The notes below the pieces were generated by a model. It was not told the origin of the DNA and did not search any database. It saw nothing but the letters and a program-made list of their open reading frames with translations. 59,051 nt of DNA, taken from an uncultured Elusimicrobia bacterium (lineage in GTDB: Bacteria > Elusimicrobiota > Elusimicrobia > F11). How positions within the stretch are numbered: position 1 is the stretch's first letter; each line of letters begins with the position of its first letter. The translations under genes were made by a program, and so were the position numbers. Shown here piece by piece: positions 8,386 to 18,066 of this stretch. Where the stretch lies: assembly GCA_964405835.1 (NCBI GenBank), contig CAYOPN010000007.1:1-59051 (forward strand). The letters are read 5' to 3'.

Positions 8386-9261
8386 ATGGCAGCAAAGAAG
8401 CAAAACGCTCCCGTTCGTGTGGCGGTCATTGGCGGAAGCGGCGTCTACGAAATTGAAGGAATGAAGGTCTTGCGCACGTTTTATCCCGCCACTCCGTTCG
8501 GCAAACCCTCCGATCCCATTACGATCGGTTCTTATCAAGGCGTTGAATGCGCGTTCCTGCCGCGCCACGGCAAAGGCCACCGGTTTCTCCCTGCTGAAAT
8601 CCCACAACGGGCCAATTTTTTTGCGTTGAAAATGCTGGGCGTCGAACACGTGATTGCGCTTTCCGCCTGCGGCTCGCTGAAAGAGGAACTGGCGCCCCGC
8701 CATTTCGTGATCCCCGACCAAATCATTGATCGCACCAAAGGGCGCCCCAACACTTTCTTTGGAAACGGCATCGTCGCCCACGTCTCGTTTGCGAAACCGT
8801 TCTCCGCGCCGCTTTCCGCTGCGTTGGCCGAATCCGTGAAAGCGCTCGGCCTTACCCTTCACACCAAAGGCACGTACCTCTGCATGGAAGGCCCGGCCTT
8901 CTCGACCCAGGCGGAATCGTTTCTTCATAGAGAAATGAACGCTGACGTGATCGGCATGACCGCCATCCCCGAAGCCAAGCTCGCGCGCGAAGCAGAGATG
9001 AGTTACGCGCTCTTGGCCATGGTCACCGACTACGATTGCTGGAAGGAAGAAGAGCACGTCTCGGTCGAGCTCGTGATCGGCCACTTGATGGCCAACGCGG
9101 ACAACGCCAAGAAAATCGTGGCCCACCTTTTGCCCCGCCTGAAAAATGTCCCCAACGATGCGGCGAGCGCGCTCAAAAGCGCGATCTTCACAAACCCCGC
9201 CGCCATCACGCCCGCGATCAAGAAAAAATTGGCCCCGATTATCGGCAAATACGTCCGGTGA
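8386..9261 (+). CDS. mtnP: S-methyl-5'-thioadenosine phosphorylase
   Basis: IGGSG, TPFGKPSD, FLPRHG, EGPAFST, GMTAIPEAKLAREAE and VTDYD motifs. Confidence 0.93.
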   Translation: MAAKKQNAPVRVAVIGGSGVYEIEGMKVLRTFYPATPFGKPSDPITIGSYQGVECAFLPRHGKGHRFLPAEIPQRANFFALKMLGVEHVIALSACGSLKEELAPRHFVIPDQIIDRTKGRPNTFFGNGIVAHVSFAKPFSAPLSAALAESVKALGLTLHTKGTYLCMEGPAFSTQAESFLHREMNADVIGMTAIPEAKLAREAEMSYALLAMVTDYDCWKEEEHVSVELVIGHLMANADNAKKIVAHLLPRLKNVPNDAASALKSAIFTNPAAITPAIKKKLAPIIGKYVR

Positions 9262-9944
9262 TCAAGGCCGTCGTCTTCGACCTCGACAACACGTTGGTCA
9301 ACTTCATGCGCGTCAAACGCGCCGCGGTGGACGGCGCGGTCGAGGCCATGATCGACGCGGGCCTTAAGTCCGCAAAAGACGCCGCGGTCAAACGCGTGTT
9401 CAATATGTACGACCGCGAAGGGATCGAGGACCAAAAAGTTTTCGACAAAATGCTTGTCGAGGAATATGGCGAGATCGACTACCGCATTCTCGCGGCCGGC
9501 GTGGTCGGCTACCGCCGCGCGAAAGAGGGGAACATGGTGCTTTACCCGCACGTGCGGCAGACCATTATCGAGCTCGTGCGCATGGGGCTTAAGCTGGCCG
9601 TTGTTTCCGATGCGCCGCGCATGTCGGCATGGACGCGCTTGGTTTCTCTCGGCCTCGCTCCCTTTTTCGACACGGTCGTGGCCAATGAAGACACCGGCAA
9701 ACGCAAACCCGACCCGGCCCCGTTCAAGCTCGCGCTGGGACGGCTTGATGCGAAGCCCGAGCAAGCGATCATGATCGGTGATTGGGCCGAGCGCGACATG
9801 GTCGGCGCCAAAGCGCTCGGCATGAAGACCGCATTCGCGCGTTACGGCGATGATTTTGACACGAAAGACGCCGGCGCCGATTACGAGTTGACGGACATTT
9901 ATCAACTTGTTGATATCGTGAAGAAGCTGAACGCCAAAAACTGA
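9258..9944 (+). CDS. HAD-superfamily hydrolase
   Basis: GTG start overlapping mtnP stop; FDLDNTL, VSDA, RKPDP and IGD motifs. Confidence 0.9.
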   Translation: MIKAVVFDLDNTLVNFMRVKRAAVDGAVEAMIDAGLKSAKDAAVKRVFNMYDREGIEDQKVFDKMLVEEYGEIDYRILAAGVVGYRRAKEGNMVLYPHVRQTIIELVRMGLKLAVVSDAPRMSAWTRLVSLGLAPFFDTVVANEDTGKRKPDPAPFKLALGRLDAKPEQAIMIGDWAERDMVGAKALGMKTAFARYGDDFDTKDAGADYELTDIYQLVDIVKKLNAKN

Positions 9945-9950
9945 GGAAAC

Positions 9951-10763
9951 ATGTCCGAGTTTTTCCAAATCTTTTTCAACATTGCGGTGCCGGTCCTGGC
10001 CGGCCTGGTTTATTTCATGTTGGCCCGTTACGTTCGGCACATCGGTCCCATGCGGACGCTGGTGACCGGGAAGCTGACCTACGATGGCGCCTACTGGGGC
10101 TTTCTGATCCTCGGCGCCTATCTCGCGACCCGTCCTTTCCAAATCTTGCTTGGCCCCCATCCCGCGCCGTTGATTGTGAACAGTATCCGCGAATTCATCA
10201 TGATGGGCTTCTTTGGGCCCGCGGTCACGGTGGCGATGTTGAGCCTCGTGCTCGGCAGCGCGAACGTCCCGAAGATGCTCGTGCGTTCGCTGTTTGGGCT
10301 GGGCCTTGTTCTCGCGACCTTGTTTGTGATTGTGAACCGCAAGGCCATTGGCGGCAGCGAAGTCATTTTCATGGTGGGAAACTGGACCGCGTACGACGGC
10401 GTCTGGTTCCACGGAGGCCCGGAAGGACCGTCCAATCTCATGCCGATATTGTTTTTGATCCGGCTCATTGATCCCGTGCTGTTTGTGTTCGGCGCCGGCG
10501 TGCTTGTGCTCTGGCACGGGTACAACTACCCAATCGAGAAAAAAATGCTCTACGACAACATGCCGCGCAAGCTCTATTACATGGGCGCGGCCTGCATCGC
10601 GTTCTCCTTATCCATGTTGTCGGTGGGGCTGCTCTATTTGTTCGCGCACATTCCGAACCAGTGGTGGATCTATTACATCGGCGCACTGGCAGCGGGTCTC
10701 TTGGAAACCAAATCGTTGTCTCTGCCGCTGCGCCGCGCGGTGCAGATCACCGAACATGCTTAA
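9951..10763 (+). CDS. Stand-alone ~7-TM membrane protein
   Basis: Seven hydrophobic segments by eye; GAGG RBS; overlaps hemB start. Confidence 0.8.
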   Translation: MSEFFQIFFNIAVPVLAGLVYFMLARYVRHIGPMRTLVTGKLTYDGAYWGFLILGAYLATRPFQILLGPHPAPLIVNSIREFIMMGFFGPAVTVAMLSLVLGSANVPKMLVRSLFGLGLVLATLFVIVNRKAIGGSEVIFMVGNWTAYDGVWFHGGPEGPSNLMPILFLIRLIDPVLFVFGAGVLVLWHGYNYPIEKKMLYDNMPRKLYYMGAACIAFSLSMLSVGLLYLFAHIPNQWWIYYIGALAAGLLETKSLSLPLRRAVQITEHA

Positions 10764-11745
10764 GAACCGCCCGCGCCGCCTGCGCCAATCCACGGCCATC
10801 CGCCGCCTCGTGCGCGAGACCACGCTATCGCCAGCCAATTTGATCGCTCCGTATTTTGTGGCGCACGGCCGCGGCGTTCGCCGCGCAATCGGGTCGATGC
10901 CGGGCCAGTTCCAGCTTTCGATTGATGAGTTGCTGAAAGACGTCGCCAAGTTAAAACCGCTCGGCATATTGTCGGTGCTGTTGTTCGGACTGCCGAAAAA
11001 GAAAGACGCGTCCGGCTCCGAAGCGTGGGAGCCGAACGGCATCATCCAGCAGGCGATCAAAGCGCTCAAAACCAAATTTCCCGACCTCGTGGTGATGGCC
11101 GATCTTTGTTTCTGCGAATACACCACGCACGGCCATTGCGGTGTTATGGAGAAGCAGGGCGGCGAAACCCGGCTGGATAACGATGCGACGCTGAAAAACA
11201 TCGCGCGCACGGCGGTCGCCCAGGCCAAAGCGGGCGTGGATTTTGTGGCGCCGTCCGGCATGATCGACGGTTCCGTGGGCGCGATCCGGCAGGCGCTCGA
11301 CAAAAACGGTTTTAAAGATACGGGCATCCTCGCCTATTCGGCCAAATACGCGAGTGTTTTTTACGGCCCGTTCCGCGACGCGGCCGGTTCCACGCCGCAA
11401 TACGGCGACCGGCGCGCCTATCAAATGGACCCGGCCAACAGCCGCGAAGCCATCCGCGAGATCCGCGCCGACGTGGCCGAAGGCGCGGACATGGTGATGG
11501 TCAAACCCGCGCTTTCGTATCTGGACGTGATCCACGCCATCCGGCCCGAACTCAAGATACCGCTCGTCGCCTACAACGTTTCCGGCGAATACGCGATGGT
11601 GAAGGCCGCCGAAAAAAACGGCTGGCTTTCCGGTGCCGCTGAAAGCCGGGCCGCGATCGAGATCCTCACCGCAATCAAACGCGCCGGGGCCGACCTGATC
11701 ATCACTTACCATGCCACTGAAGTGGCGAAACGACTAAGTACGTAG
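10756..11745 (+). CDS. hemB: Porphobilinogen synthase
   Basis: RPRRLR, DLCFCEYTTHGHCG, APSGMIDG, YQMDPAN, MVKPA and YNVSGEY motifs. Confidence 0.97.
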   Translation: MLKNRPRRLRQSTAIRRLVRETTLSPANLIAPYFVAHGRGVRRAIGSMPGQFQLSIDELLKDVAKLKPLGILSVLLFGLPKKKDASGSEAWEPNGIIQQAIKALKTKFPDLVVMADLCFCEYTTHGHCGVMEKQGGETRLDNDATLKNIARTAVAQAKAGVDFVAPSGMIDGSVGAIRQALDKNGFKDTGILAYSAKYASVFYGPFRDAAGSTPQYGDRRAYQMDPANSREAIREIRADVAEGADMVMVKPALSYLDVIHAIRPELKIPLVAYNVSGEYAMVKAAEKNGWLSGAAESRAAIEILTAIKRAGADLIITYHATEVAKRLST

Positions 11746-11757
11746 ACAATAAGATCC

Positions 11758-11851
11758 AAGGACCAAGAACCAAGCTTCAAATTCCAGTTAATTTATGAGA
11801 GTTTTTTTAAAAATAAATCCATTGGTATTTGAAGCTTGGTTCTTGGTCCTT
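11758..11851. repeat. 25-bp perfect inverted repeat (MITE-like) with 44-nt AT-rich spacer
   Basis: AAGGACCAAGAACCAAGCTTCAAAT (11758-11782) is the exact reverse complement of 11827-11851. Confidence 0.9.
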
Positions 11852-12577
11852 ATTCTTAGCGGGTGCGCTGTGAAAAAATTGTCCCCCGAGACCGGCAATC
11901 CCAAATGGGGGCTCGATGTGAAATGGCACGGCCACTCCTGTTTCACGCTGGTCGACAGCGTGGACCGCACCATCGTGATTGATCCGTTTGATGAGACCGT
12001 CGGTTACGGCCGCATCCACCTATTGGCGGACGCGTTGTTCGTGACGCACGAACATTTCGACCACAACAACCGCAACGCGGTCAAAGCACGCCACGACAGT
12101 TTGGACATGGTCCAAAGCACCGGGACCTTCACGGTGGCCATGAGCATGCAAGTGACCGGCGTCCTCTCCGCTCATGATAAAGACGATGGACAGATCAACG
12201 GACCCAACCTCATCTATCTTTTTGTAATGGGGGGTCTGCGGTGTGTGTTTTTGGGCGATCTTGGGACGTCCGACATCAATGAGTACCAGTTGAATATGAT
12301 CGGAAAAGTCGACGTGATTTTCATTCCGGTCGGTGGGACCGTCACGCTCGGCCCGGCCGAGGCCAAAAAGGTAATTGATAAGCTCAAGCCGTCCGTGGTT
12401 TTTCCAATGCATTACGGCAACGTTCGCTTCTATCCGTTGGAGAGCATTGAGAAATTCACGTCCCTATTCCGTAGAGATCAAGTAAAGCTGATGGATGGAT
12501 CGTCGGTCCGGCTGCGCGAAGCGGACTTAACGGACACTCCCGTTGTTTATATCCTCCAGCCCACACCCAAAAATTAA
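11795..12577 (+). CDS. Metallo-beta-lactamase-fold hydrolase, probable lipoprotein
   Basis: WHGHSCF, IDPF, THEHFDH, GDLG and PMHY motifs; lipobox LSGC. Confidence 0.88.
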   Translation: MRVFLKINPLVFEAWFLVLILSGCAVKKLSPETGNPKWGLDVKWHGHSCFTLVDSVDRTIVIDPFDETVGYGRIHLLADALFVTHEHFDHNNRNAVKARHDSLDMVQSTGTFTVAMSMQVTGVLSAHDKDDGQINGPNLIYLFVMGGLRCVFLGDLGTSDINEYQLNMIGKVDVIFIPVGGTVTLGPAEAKKVIDKLKPSVVFPMHYGNVRFYPLESIEKFTSLFRRDQVKLMDGSSVRLREADLTDTPVVYILQPTPKN

Positions 12578-12593
12578 ACCTAGGAGCATCCAC

Positions 12594-14549
12594 TTGAAAA
12601 GTTTCCTGATTTTGGCCGTTCTTTTATTGCCCACGGCCTTGAACGCGCGCCCGCGAAGCCGCGCAGAAGCGGTGCCGAGCGACGATAAATTGATTTTGGC
12701 GAAACCCGGCATGAAAGGCCCCATCCCGTACGAAAATTTCGGAACGTTTGAAGGCCTCGGCACTTCGAATTACAAATATGTTTTGACCGACAAAAAAGGT
12801 TTGAGCGATGCGGCCGGCCAAGGCATTTTTCCCTATGAAGGCGCGCTTAAAGACCCCGCCTATAAGAAACTTGTCGACTCCAAAGCGCTCATGGGAAACC
12901 AGTGGAAGTTTGTCGACAGCAACGGGGCCGCGAAAAACTATTACAAGTGGGTCTCAACCAACGACGACCCGGGCGTAAAACAATTTTTTGTGGCGACCGC
13001 GCTGGAACGGGCGGGATTGATGGAACATGCCGTCAAAGCCTATTACGCGCTGGCCGTCCATTTCCCAAAGACCATTTCCTGGACCTATTACGACACGCCG
13101 TGGTACGTCGCTCCCGCCTCGTTGGACCGCATCGAACAAATCCTCCGCAAATATCCCGAATTAAAAATGAAACTCGAAGGCGCCCGGGTCGCGATCCAAG
13201 GCCGCTTTGACGCCAACCCAAAAAACGACGTCTACACCGTTAATCCCGGCAAGTTGGTGGCAGTCAAAAAGGGCGAGAAGCCGGAGGCCGTTGACCTGTC
13301 CAAGCTGAAAGTCATCAAAACCGTCGGCGGGCCCAAGGTCGAGCTCAAACAATACGAAAACAAGCATTGGCAATTGACCGTGGACGGCCAGCCGTTTCCG
13401 GTCCGCGCGATCACCTATTCGGTGACGCCGGTCGGCAAAAGCCCGGACCGCGGCACCTGGAACGTGTCAAAAGATTGGCAATGGGTCGACACCGATAAGG
13501 ACGGACGCCACGATGGGTTTGTGGAAAGTTACATCGACCGCAATAACAACAACAAGCGCGATCCGTGGGAGCCGATGGTGGGCGATGGAAAGATTTTAAA
13601 GGACATGGGCGTGAACACGCTGCGGGCCTACCACAATATTTATGACAAGGAATTCTTCCGCAAACTCCACAAGGACTACGGGTTTTACGTGCTGGCCGGA
13701 AACTTGCTCGGCGGTTACGCGGTGGACAGCGGCGCGACCTGGACCGACGGCACCGATTACGCCGACCCAAAGCAGCAGCAAACCATGCTCGACAATTTGC
13801 GCAAGATGGTCGAAGACCTGAAAGACGAGCCGTACATCCTGATGTGGGTGCTCGGCAATGAAAACGTGTACGGCGTGGCCAGCAGCGCGGGCCGCGACCC
13901 GGAAAGTTTTTTCAAACTTGTGAACCGCGCGGCTGAATTGATCCACAAGCTGGACCCGACACGCCCGGTTGCCATTTCTAACGGCGACTTGCTTCATTTG
14001 GACCTGATACAGAAATACGCGCCCGCACTCGATGTGATGGGTGCGAACGCCTACCGCGGCGACCAGGGGTTTGGCCGGCACATGTACCAGGACGTGCAAG
14101 ATTATTTGGACAAGCCGCTTATAATCACCGAATTCGGCGTATCCGCTTACGGCGAAGGCTACACGAAGAAACAGGCCGAAGCGTTCCAGTCGATGTACCT
14201 GGCCAACAACTGGGAAGACATGGAATCGCACATGGCCGGCCACGGTGTCGGCAACGCGCTGGGCGGAGTGTTGTTTGAATACATGGACGAATGGTGGAAG
14301 GCCAACTCGGACTTGCCGCTCAAGGTCCAAAAGGCCCGCGCCGAATGGTACGCGCCGAAGTCCGCCATCTATAAAAACCTGCAGCCCGATGTGCAGGAGA
14401 ACGTGCCACAGTTCGGTTTCCCGTTTATTGATGGTTGGAGCTACGAAGAATGGTATGGCGTCGCGGGTCAAGGCGACGGCAAAGACAGCCCGTTCTGCCG
14501 CCAGCTCCGTCCGGCCTATTTCACAATGCAGGAAATGTGGAAGAAATAA
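12594..14549 (+). CDS. Secreted glycoside hydrolase with GH2/clan-A TIM barrel
   Basis: AGGAG then TTG start, signal peptide, MGVNTLRAY, WVLGNE (acid/base) and ITEFG (nucleophile). Confidence 0.75.
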   Translation: MKSFLILAVLLLPTALNARPRSRAEAVPSDDKLILAKPGMKGPIPYENFGTFEGLGTSNYKYVLTDKKGLSDAAGQGIFPYEGALKDPAYKKLVDSKALMGNQWKFVDSNGAAKNYYKWVSTNDDPGVKQFFVATALERAGLMEHAVKAYYALAVHFPKTISWTYYDTPWYVAPASLDRIEQILRKYPELKMKLEGARVAIQGRFDANPKNDVYTVNPGKLVAVKKGEKPEAVDLSKLKVIKTVGGPKVELKQYENKHWQLTVDGQPFPVRAITYSVTPVGKSPDRGTWNVSKDWQWVDTDKDGRHDGFVESYIDRNNNNKRDPWEPMVGDGKILKDMGVNTLRAYHNIYDKEFFRKLHKDYGFYVLAGNLLGGYAVDSGATWTDGTDYADPKQQQTMLDNLRKMVEDLKDEPYILMWVLGNENVYGVASSAGRDPESFFKLVNRAAELIHKLDPTRPVAISNGDLLHLDLIQKYAPALDVMGANAYRGDQGFGRHMYQDVQDYLDKPLIITEFGVSAYGEGYTKKQAEAFQSMYLANNWEDMESHMAGHGVGNALGGVLFEYMDEWWKANSDLPLKVQKARAEWYAPKSAIYKNLQPDVQENVPQFGFPFIDGWSYEEWYGVAGQGDGKDSPFCRQLRPAYFTMQEMWKK

Positions 14550-14553
14550 ATAG

Positions 14554-15057
14554 GTGAGGCTGCTATTCCTGATTTTTTTGGGAGCGGTCGGCGCCTTTTT
14601 TGTTCGGACATATTGCTTTGAAGGAATTTACGTGGCGTCGGAATCCATGGAGCCCGCGTTTCCAAAAGACACGCACATCATGGTCAACAAGCTGTCCATG
14701 TTTTATAAGAAGCCAAAGCGCGGTGATGTGATCATGTTTGATTCTCCGGAGAACCCGAAAAAAGGAATGATCAAGCGGGTGATCGGACTGGCCGGTGATA
14801 ACATTGAGATCCGCGAGAAAAAAGTCTATTTAAACGGCGGATTGTTGTACGAACCCTACGCACAGTTTTTGCAGCCCGGAGTTATTTTCAACGGAGACAA
14901 CATCCCGCCTTTGACGGTGCCGAAGGGGCATTTGTTTGTGATGGGAGACAACCGGGACGTTTCGGGCGATTCGCGGGACTGGAAATCGCCCGAAGGAGAA
15001 TGGCGGCCGTTTTTGCCGTTGTCGAAAGTGAATGGGATCGTTAAAACCAAAGATTAG
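14554..15057 (+). CDS. lepB: Signal peptidase I
   Basis: SESMEP (Ser), RGDVIMF, IKRVIG (Lys) and MGDNRDVSGDSR motifs. Confidence 0.92.
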   Translation: MRLLFLIFLGAVGAFFVRTYCFEGIYVASESMEPAFPKDTHIMVNKLSMFYKKPKRGDVIMFDSPENPKKGMIKRVIGLAGDNIEIREKKVYLNGGLLYEPYAQFLQPGVIFNGDNIPPLTVPKGHLFVMGDNRDVSGDSRDWKSPEGEWRPFLPLSKVNGIVKTKD

Positions 15058-15066
15058 GGGGAGCGA

Positions 15067-15621
15067 ATGGGTGTAGCGGACAAAATATTGATGAAAACCG
15101 GGACCCCGGCGCCCGATTTTAAAAATCTGCCCGGCGTGGATGGAAAAAAACACAGTTTGTCGGATTATGCGGCGAACAAGGCGCTGGTGGTGGTGTTCAG
15201 TTGCAACCATTGTCCGTACGTGCAAGCGTACGAAGACCGGATCATGGCCCTGCAAAAAGAATTTGGAAGCAAAGGCGCCCATTTCGTTGCGATCAACGCC
15301 AACGACGCCGTGGGTTATCCCGGTGACAGCTTTGAGAACATGGTGAAACGCGCGAAGGAGCGAAATTTTAATTTTGATTATTTGCGCGATGAAGACCAAA
15401 GCGTGGCCAAGGCCTATGGCGCCACGCACACGCCGCATCTGTTCGTTTTCGATGCCGATCGAAAACTCGCCTACACCGGAAAAATCGACGACAACTGGCA
15501 GGAGCCCGCCAAAGCGACCGCGCATTATTTGCGCGACGCGCTGGCCGCGCTTGTGGACGGCAAGAAACCCCCGCTCAATGAAACATTCGCAATCGGCTGC
15601 ACCATTAAGTGGAAAAACTAA
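15067..15621 (+). CDS. Thioredoxin-like protein (AhpC/TSA family)
   Basis: APDFKNLPGVDG, FSCNHCPY and YGATHTP motifs. Confidence 0.9.
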   Translation: MGVADKILMKTGTPAPDFKNLPGVDGKKHSLSDYAANKALVVVFSCNHCPYVQAYEDRIMALQKEFGSKGAHFVAINANDAVGYPGDSFENMVKRAKERNFNFDYLRDEDQSVAKAYGATHTPHLFVFDADRKLAYTGKIDDNWQEPAKATAHYLRDALAALVDGKKPPLNETFAIGCTIKWKN

Positions 15622-15623
15622 TC

Positions 15624-15752
15624 CGTCACCCCGGCGAAAGCCGGGGCCCAGTCCTTTTCCTGATGTTTCATACCTGGATCCCGGCTTTCGTACCGGAACG
15701 GCCAGTACGTCCCGACATAATTCGTTCAATCGAACGGGACGCCGGGATGACG
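15624..15752. repeat. REP-type inverted pair with nested insertion in the right arm
   Basis: Left arm CGTCACCCCGGCGAAAGCCGGGGCCCAG; right arm CTGGATCCCGGCTTTCG + CCGGGATGACG is split by 51 nt. Confidence 0.8.
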
Positions 15753-15760
15753 AGTGTCAT

Positions 15761-17071
15761 ATGACCAACACGATCAAAGTTAATTCCTCTCAATCTGAGA
15801 AACTTTTCGAGGACGCCCAGAAACATCTCGTCGGCGGCGTTAACTCGCCGGTCCGCGCGTTTTTGGCGGTCGGCGGCGCGCCGCGTTTCATCCGCAAAGC
15901 CAAAGGCGCTTTCATCGAAGACGTCGACGGGAATTCCTATATCGATTTTGTGGGTTCGTGGGGTCCGATGATTCTCGGACACAACGCCGAACCGGTGATG
16001 AAAGCGGTCAAAGCGCAACTTGAAAACGGCACGTCCTACGGCGCTCCGTGCGAACCGGAGGTGGAACTCGCCGCGCTAATCAAAGAAGCGCTCCCGTCCA
16101 TTGATTTGCTGCGCTTCACCAGTTCCGGCACCGAAGCGACGATGTCGGCGCTTAGATTGGCGCGCGCGCATACCAAACGCGCCCGCATCGCCAAATTTGA
16201 AGGGGGATACCACGGGCATTCGGACGGCCTGCTGGTGGCGGCCGGGTCCGGCGCTACCACCTTTGGAACGCCCTCGAGCGCCGGCGTTCCCGACTTGCTC
16301 GCCAAAAACACCTGGGTGCTTCCTTTTAATGACCCCCAGGCGCTCGAAGAATTGTTTGTGAAACAGGGGATCAATATCGCGGCGGTCATCATCGAGCCCG
16401 TGTGCGGGAACATGGGTGTCGTGGCGCCGAACAAAGGGTTTCTTGAATTGTTGTCGACGCTCGCAAAAAAACACGGCGCGTTGGTCATTTACGACGAAGT
16501 TATGACGGGTTTCCGTTTGGGATGGAGCGGTGCGCAAGGATTGTACGGCATGAAGCCCGATTTGACCTGTCTCGGAAAAATTATCGGCGGCGGTTTCCCG
16601 GTGGGCGCGTTTGGCGGCCGGAAAGAATTGATGGAGAAAGTGGCGCCGCTTGGACCCGTTTATCAAGCGGGCACGTTGTCGGGAAATCCGGTCGCGATGG
16701 CGGCGGGCCTCGCGGCGCTGCGCACGTTAAAATCCGAGTCTCCCTATGAAAATTTGAACAAAACCACGGCCGACCTCGCGGCGTTTATTCGCGCCGAAGC
16801 GCAAAAGAAAAAGATCCCCGTGCAGGTCAATCAAATGGGGTCCATGTTCACGGTGTTCTTTGCTACCGCGGCGGTGGATTCGTATTTCTCGGCCATGGCT
16901 TCCGACACGCGGCAGTTCAGCGTTTTCTTCAACGCACTCCTCGAGCGCGGAGTGGCGCTGCCACCGTCCCAATTTGAAGCGGCTTTCGTATCAACCGAAC
17001 ACACGCCGGCAGTGCTGGAGAAAGCAAAAAAAGCCATATCGGAGGCGTTCGCGGAGGTGGCCAAGTCATGA
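15761..17071 (+). CDS. hemL: Glutamate-1-semialdehyde 2,1-aminomutase
   Basis: GGVNSPVRAF, SGTEATMSA, GGYHGH, YDEVMTGFR, LGKIIGGG and YQAGTLSGNP motifs. Confidence 0.97.
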   Translation: MTNTIKVNSSQSEKLFEDAQKHLVGGVNSPVRAFLAVGGAPRFIRKAKGAFIEDVDGNSYIDFVGSWGPMILGHNAEPVMKAVKAQLENGTSYGAPCEPEVELAALIKEALPSIDLLRFTSSGTEATMSALRLARAHTKRARIAKFEGGYHGHSDGLLVAAGSGATTFGTPSSAGVPDLLAKNTWVLPFNDPQALEELFVKQGINIAAVIIEPVCGNMGVVAPNKGFLELLSTLAKKHGALVIYDEVMTGFRLGWSGAQGLYGMKPDLTCLGKIIGGGFPVGAFGGRKELMEKVAPLGPVYQAGTLSGNPVAMAAGLAALRTLKSESPYENLNKTTADLAAFIRAEAQKKKIPVQVNQMGSMFTVFFATAAVDSYFSAMASDTRQFSVFFNALLERGVALPPSQFEAAFVSTEHTPAVLEKAKKAISEAFAEVAKS

Positions 17072-18066
17072 TCAAGATCGGTTCAGAAGTGTTGTGGCTT
17101 TCCGAAGATGATGTTCGTTCCATGCTTACCATGGAAGAGGCGTTGAACGCGGTGGAAAACGCGTTCCGCTTGCATGGCGAAGGCCAGACGCAGATGCCCA
17201 CCAAAATTTATTTGGAATTTGACCCGTACGGCGGCGATTTGCGGGCGATGCCCGCTTATTTGAAAGGCAACGTGTCTGCGGCCGGCGTGAAGATTGTTAA
17301 CTCAAACGCTTCCAATCCGGAGAAGGGGCTGCCCGCGGTCGCCGGCATTATGACCTACATCGATCCGAAGACCGGGCTTCCGCTCGGAATTTTTGGCGCC
17401 GGCACCTTGACCGCGATCCGCACGGGCGCGGCCGGCGGTATAGCGGCAAAACATCTGGCGCGAAAAAATTCTTCGTCGGCGGGTTTGATCGGCTGCGGCC
17501 GCCAGGCGGTTACGCAAGTGGAGGCGCTGAAACATTTTTTCAGACTCGACCGCGTTCTGGTGTGGGGAAAAACCAAGCAGGAGTCGGACACGTTTTGCGC
17601 GCAGAACAAGGCCCTGCATCCCAATATGCTCGCCGTGGCGAGCGTTCAAGAAGCGGCGCAGGCGGACATTTTGGTAACAACCACGCCGGTGCGTGAGCCC
17701 GTGGTCAAAGCGGCCTATGTGCGGCCCGGCACCCACATCAATGCGATTGGCGCGGACGCGGCCGGCAAACAGGAGTTGGAGCTGGCGCTGGTCAAATCAG
17801 CGCGCGTGGTGGTCGACGAGTGGCACCAGGCCTCCCACGCGGGGGAAATCAACGTGCCGGTCTCAAGCGGAAAATTTACCGAACATGATCTCGCGGCGCA
17901 GCTTGGTGAAATCGTGATGGGGAAAAAGAAAGGCCGCTTGTCCGAAGCCGATGTGACCATTTTTGATTCAACGGGCCTTGCGATCCAGGACGTCGCCGTC
18001 GCCAAAATAATTTTTGAGAAAGCCGTAAAAAATAACAAAGGTCAGGTACTCAAGCTCCATGGTTGA
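17068..18066 (+). CDS. Ornithine cyclodeaminase family / archaeal-type alanine dehydrogenase
   Basis: DLRAMPA, GVKIVN, RTGAAG, IGCGRQA, INAIGAD and FDSTGLAIQD motifs. Confidence 0.88.
   Translation: MIKIGSEVLWLSEDDVRSMLTMEEALNAVENAFRLHGEGQTQMPTKIYLEFDPYGGDLRAMPAYLKGNVSAAGVKIVNSNASNPEKGLPAVAGIMTYIDPKTGLPLGIFGAGTLTAIRTGAAGGIAAKHLARKNSSSAGLIGCGRQAVTQVEALKHFFRLDRVLVWGKTKQESDTFCAQNKALHPNMLAVASVQEAAQADILVTTTPVREPVVKAAYVRPGTHINAIGADAAGKQELELALVKSARVVVDEWHQASHAGEINVPVSSGKFTEHDLAAQLGEIVMGKKKGRLSEADVTIFDSTGLAIQDVAVAKIIFEKAVKNNKGQVLKLHG

Noticed and set aside
9951-10763. Microbial rhodopsin or heliorhodopsin
   Set aside because: Seven TMs, but no recognisable DxxxK or SxxxK retinal-binding motif in helix 7.
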